64,000 nucleotides of DNA, from positions 248,001 through 312,000 of the IMG/VR virus record IMGVR_UViG_3300044796_000657. One strand, written 5' to 3'. The stretch's first letter is position 1; each line of letters opens with the position of its first letter. The translations under genes were made by a program, and so were the position numbers. Of this stretch, positions 63,837 to 64,000 are shown in pieces. The notes beneath the pieces are model-generated. The model had not been told where the DNA came from, did not search any database, and saw only the letters and a list, made by a program, of their open reading frames with translations.

Positions 63837-63998
63837 TCATATTAACCATTGATGCGGTTTGGCAGCAAGTTTGGGCTTTGTTAATGTTGGCGACACTTCG
63901 GTTTGAAGGGTTGGCGTATGCTCAATGTTTGGTGTAATAATTGGCGAAGGTGTGGGTTGTTTGAATGGATCGCCGTAAATTGCACAATGCAGTACACC
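63837..63998 (-). CDS. 3' end of a gene running off the right edge (Pro/Thr-rich tail)
   Basis: Open frame GVLHCAIYGDPFKQPTPSP...HQWLI*; YGDP is often seen at the end of enzyme domains. Confidence 0.35.
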   Translation of the reverse strand, partial: GVLHCAIYGDPFKQPTPSPIITPNIEHTPTLQTEVSPTLTKPKLAAKPHQWLI

Positions 63999-64000
63999 GA

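Noticed and set aside
1-64000. Stop-codon reassignment (code 15 or 4) as seen in some jumbo phages
   Set aside because: Conserved enzymes are full length in the standard code, and TAG and TGA both end genes at sensible positions.
1-64000. tRNA, rRNA or tmRNA genes
   Set aside because: No cloverleaf or T-loop GTTCRA-type context was seen by eye, and intergenic gaps are mostly too short. A covariance search is still advisable for 17694..18083.

Overview
64-kb segment of a large lytic dsDNA phage (jumbo/T4-superfamily-like; inference from gene content). Standard genetic code, dense coding, frequent strand switches; no tRNA, rRNA or CRISPR recognised. Replication/recombination genes: gp32-like SSB, gp41/DnaB-like helicase, UvsY-like mediator, RecA/UvsX, a minimal family-A DNA polymerase, a Ski2/Hel308-like helicase and a possible region-4-less sigma factor. 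Accessory genes: TyrRS, an organellar-type monomeric PheRS, a stand-alone EF-Tu domain III, a BCS1-like AAA ATPase, five DNA methyltransferases with putative restriction nucleases, amidoligase/GATase/M14 enzymes, sugar-modifying enzymes, AlkB and two fibre-like proteins. Four patterns were found by reading the sequence. (1) About 12 proteins carry a T4 capsid-targeting-like N-terminal tag (M-x-F-K/R-x-W/F-L/I-x-E); several are modification enzymes (two ADP-ribosyltransferase-like, GNAT, kinase-like, amidoligase), suggesting an injected effector toolkit. (2) A TAAATA/TATATA box lies 4-8 nt before the ATG of 14 genes, suggesting near-leaderless late promoters. (3) Two or three genes appear to start at ATT, 7 nt after a GGAG(G)/GAGG Shine-Dalgarno. 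(4) A six-gene paralog array is joined by a repeated 16-nt element that encodes the C-terminus, RBS and next start codon at once, and ends in pheS. All protein calls come from motif recognition by eye; no database searches were run.
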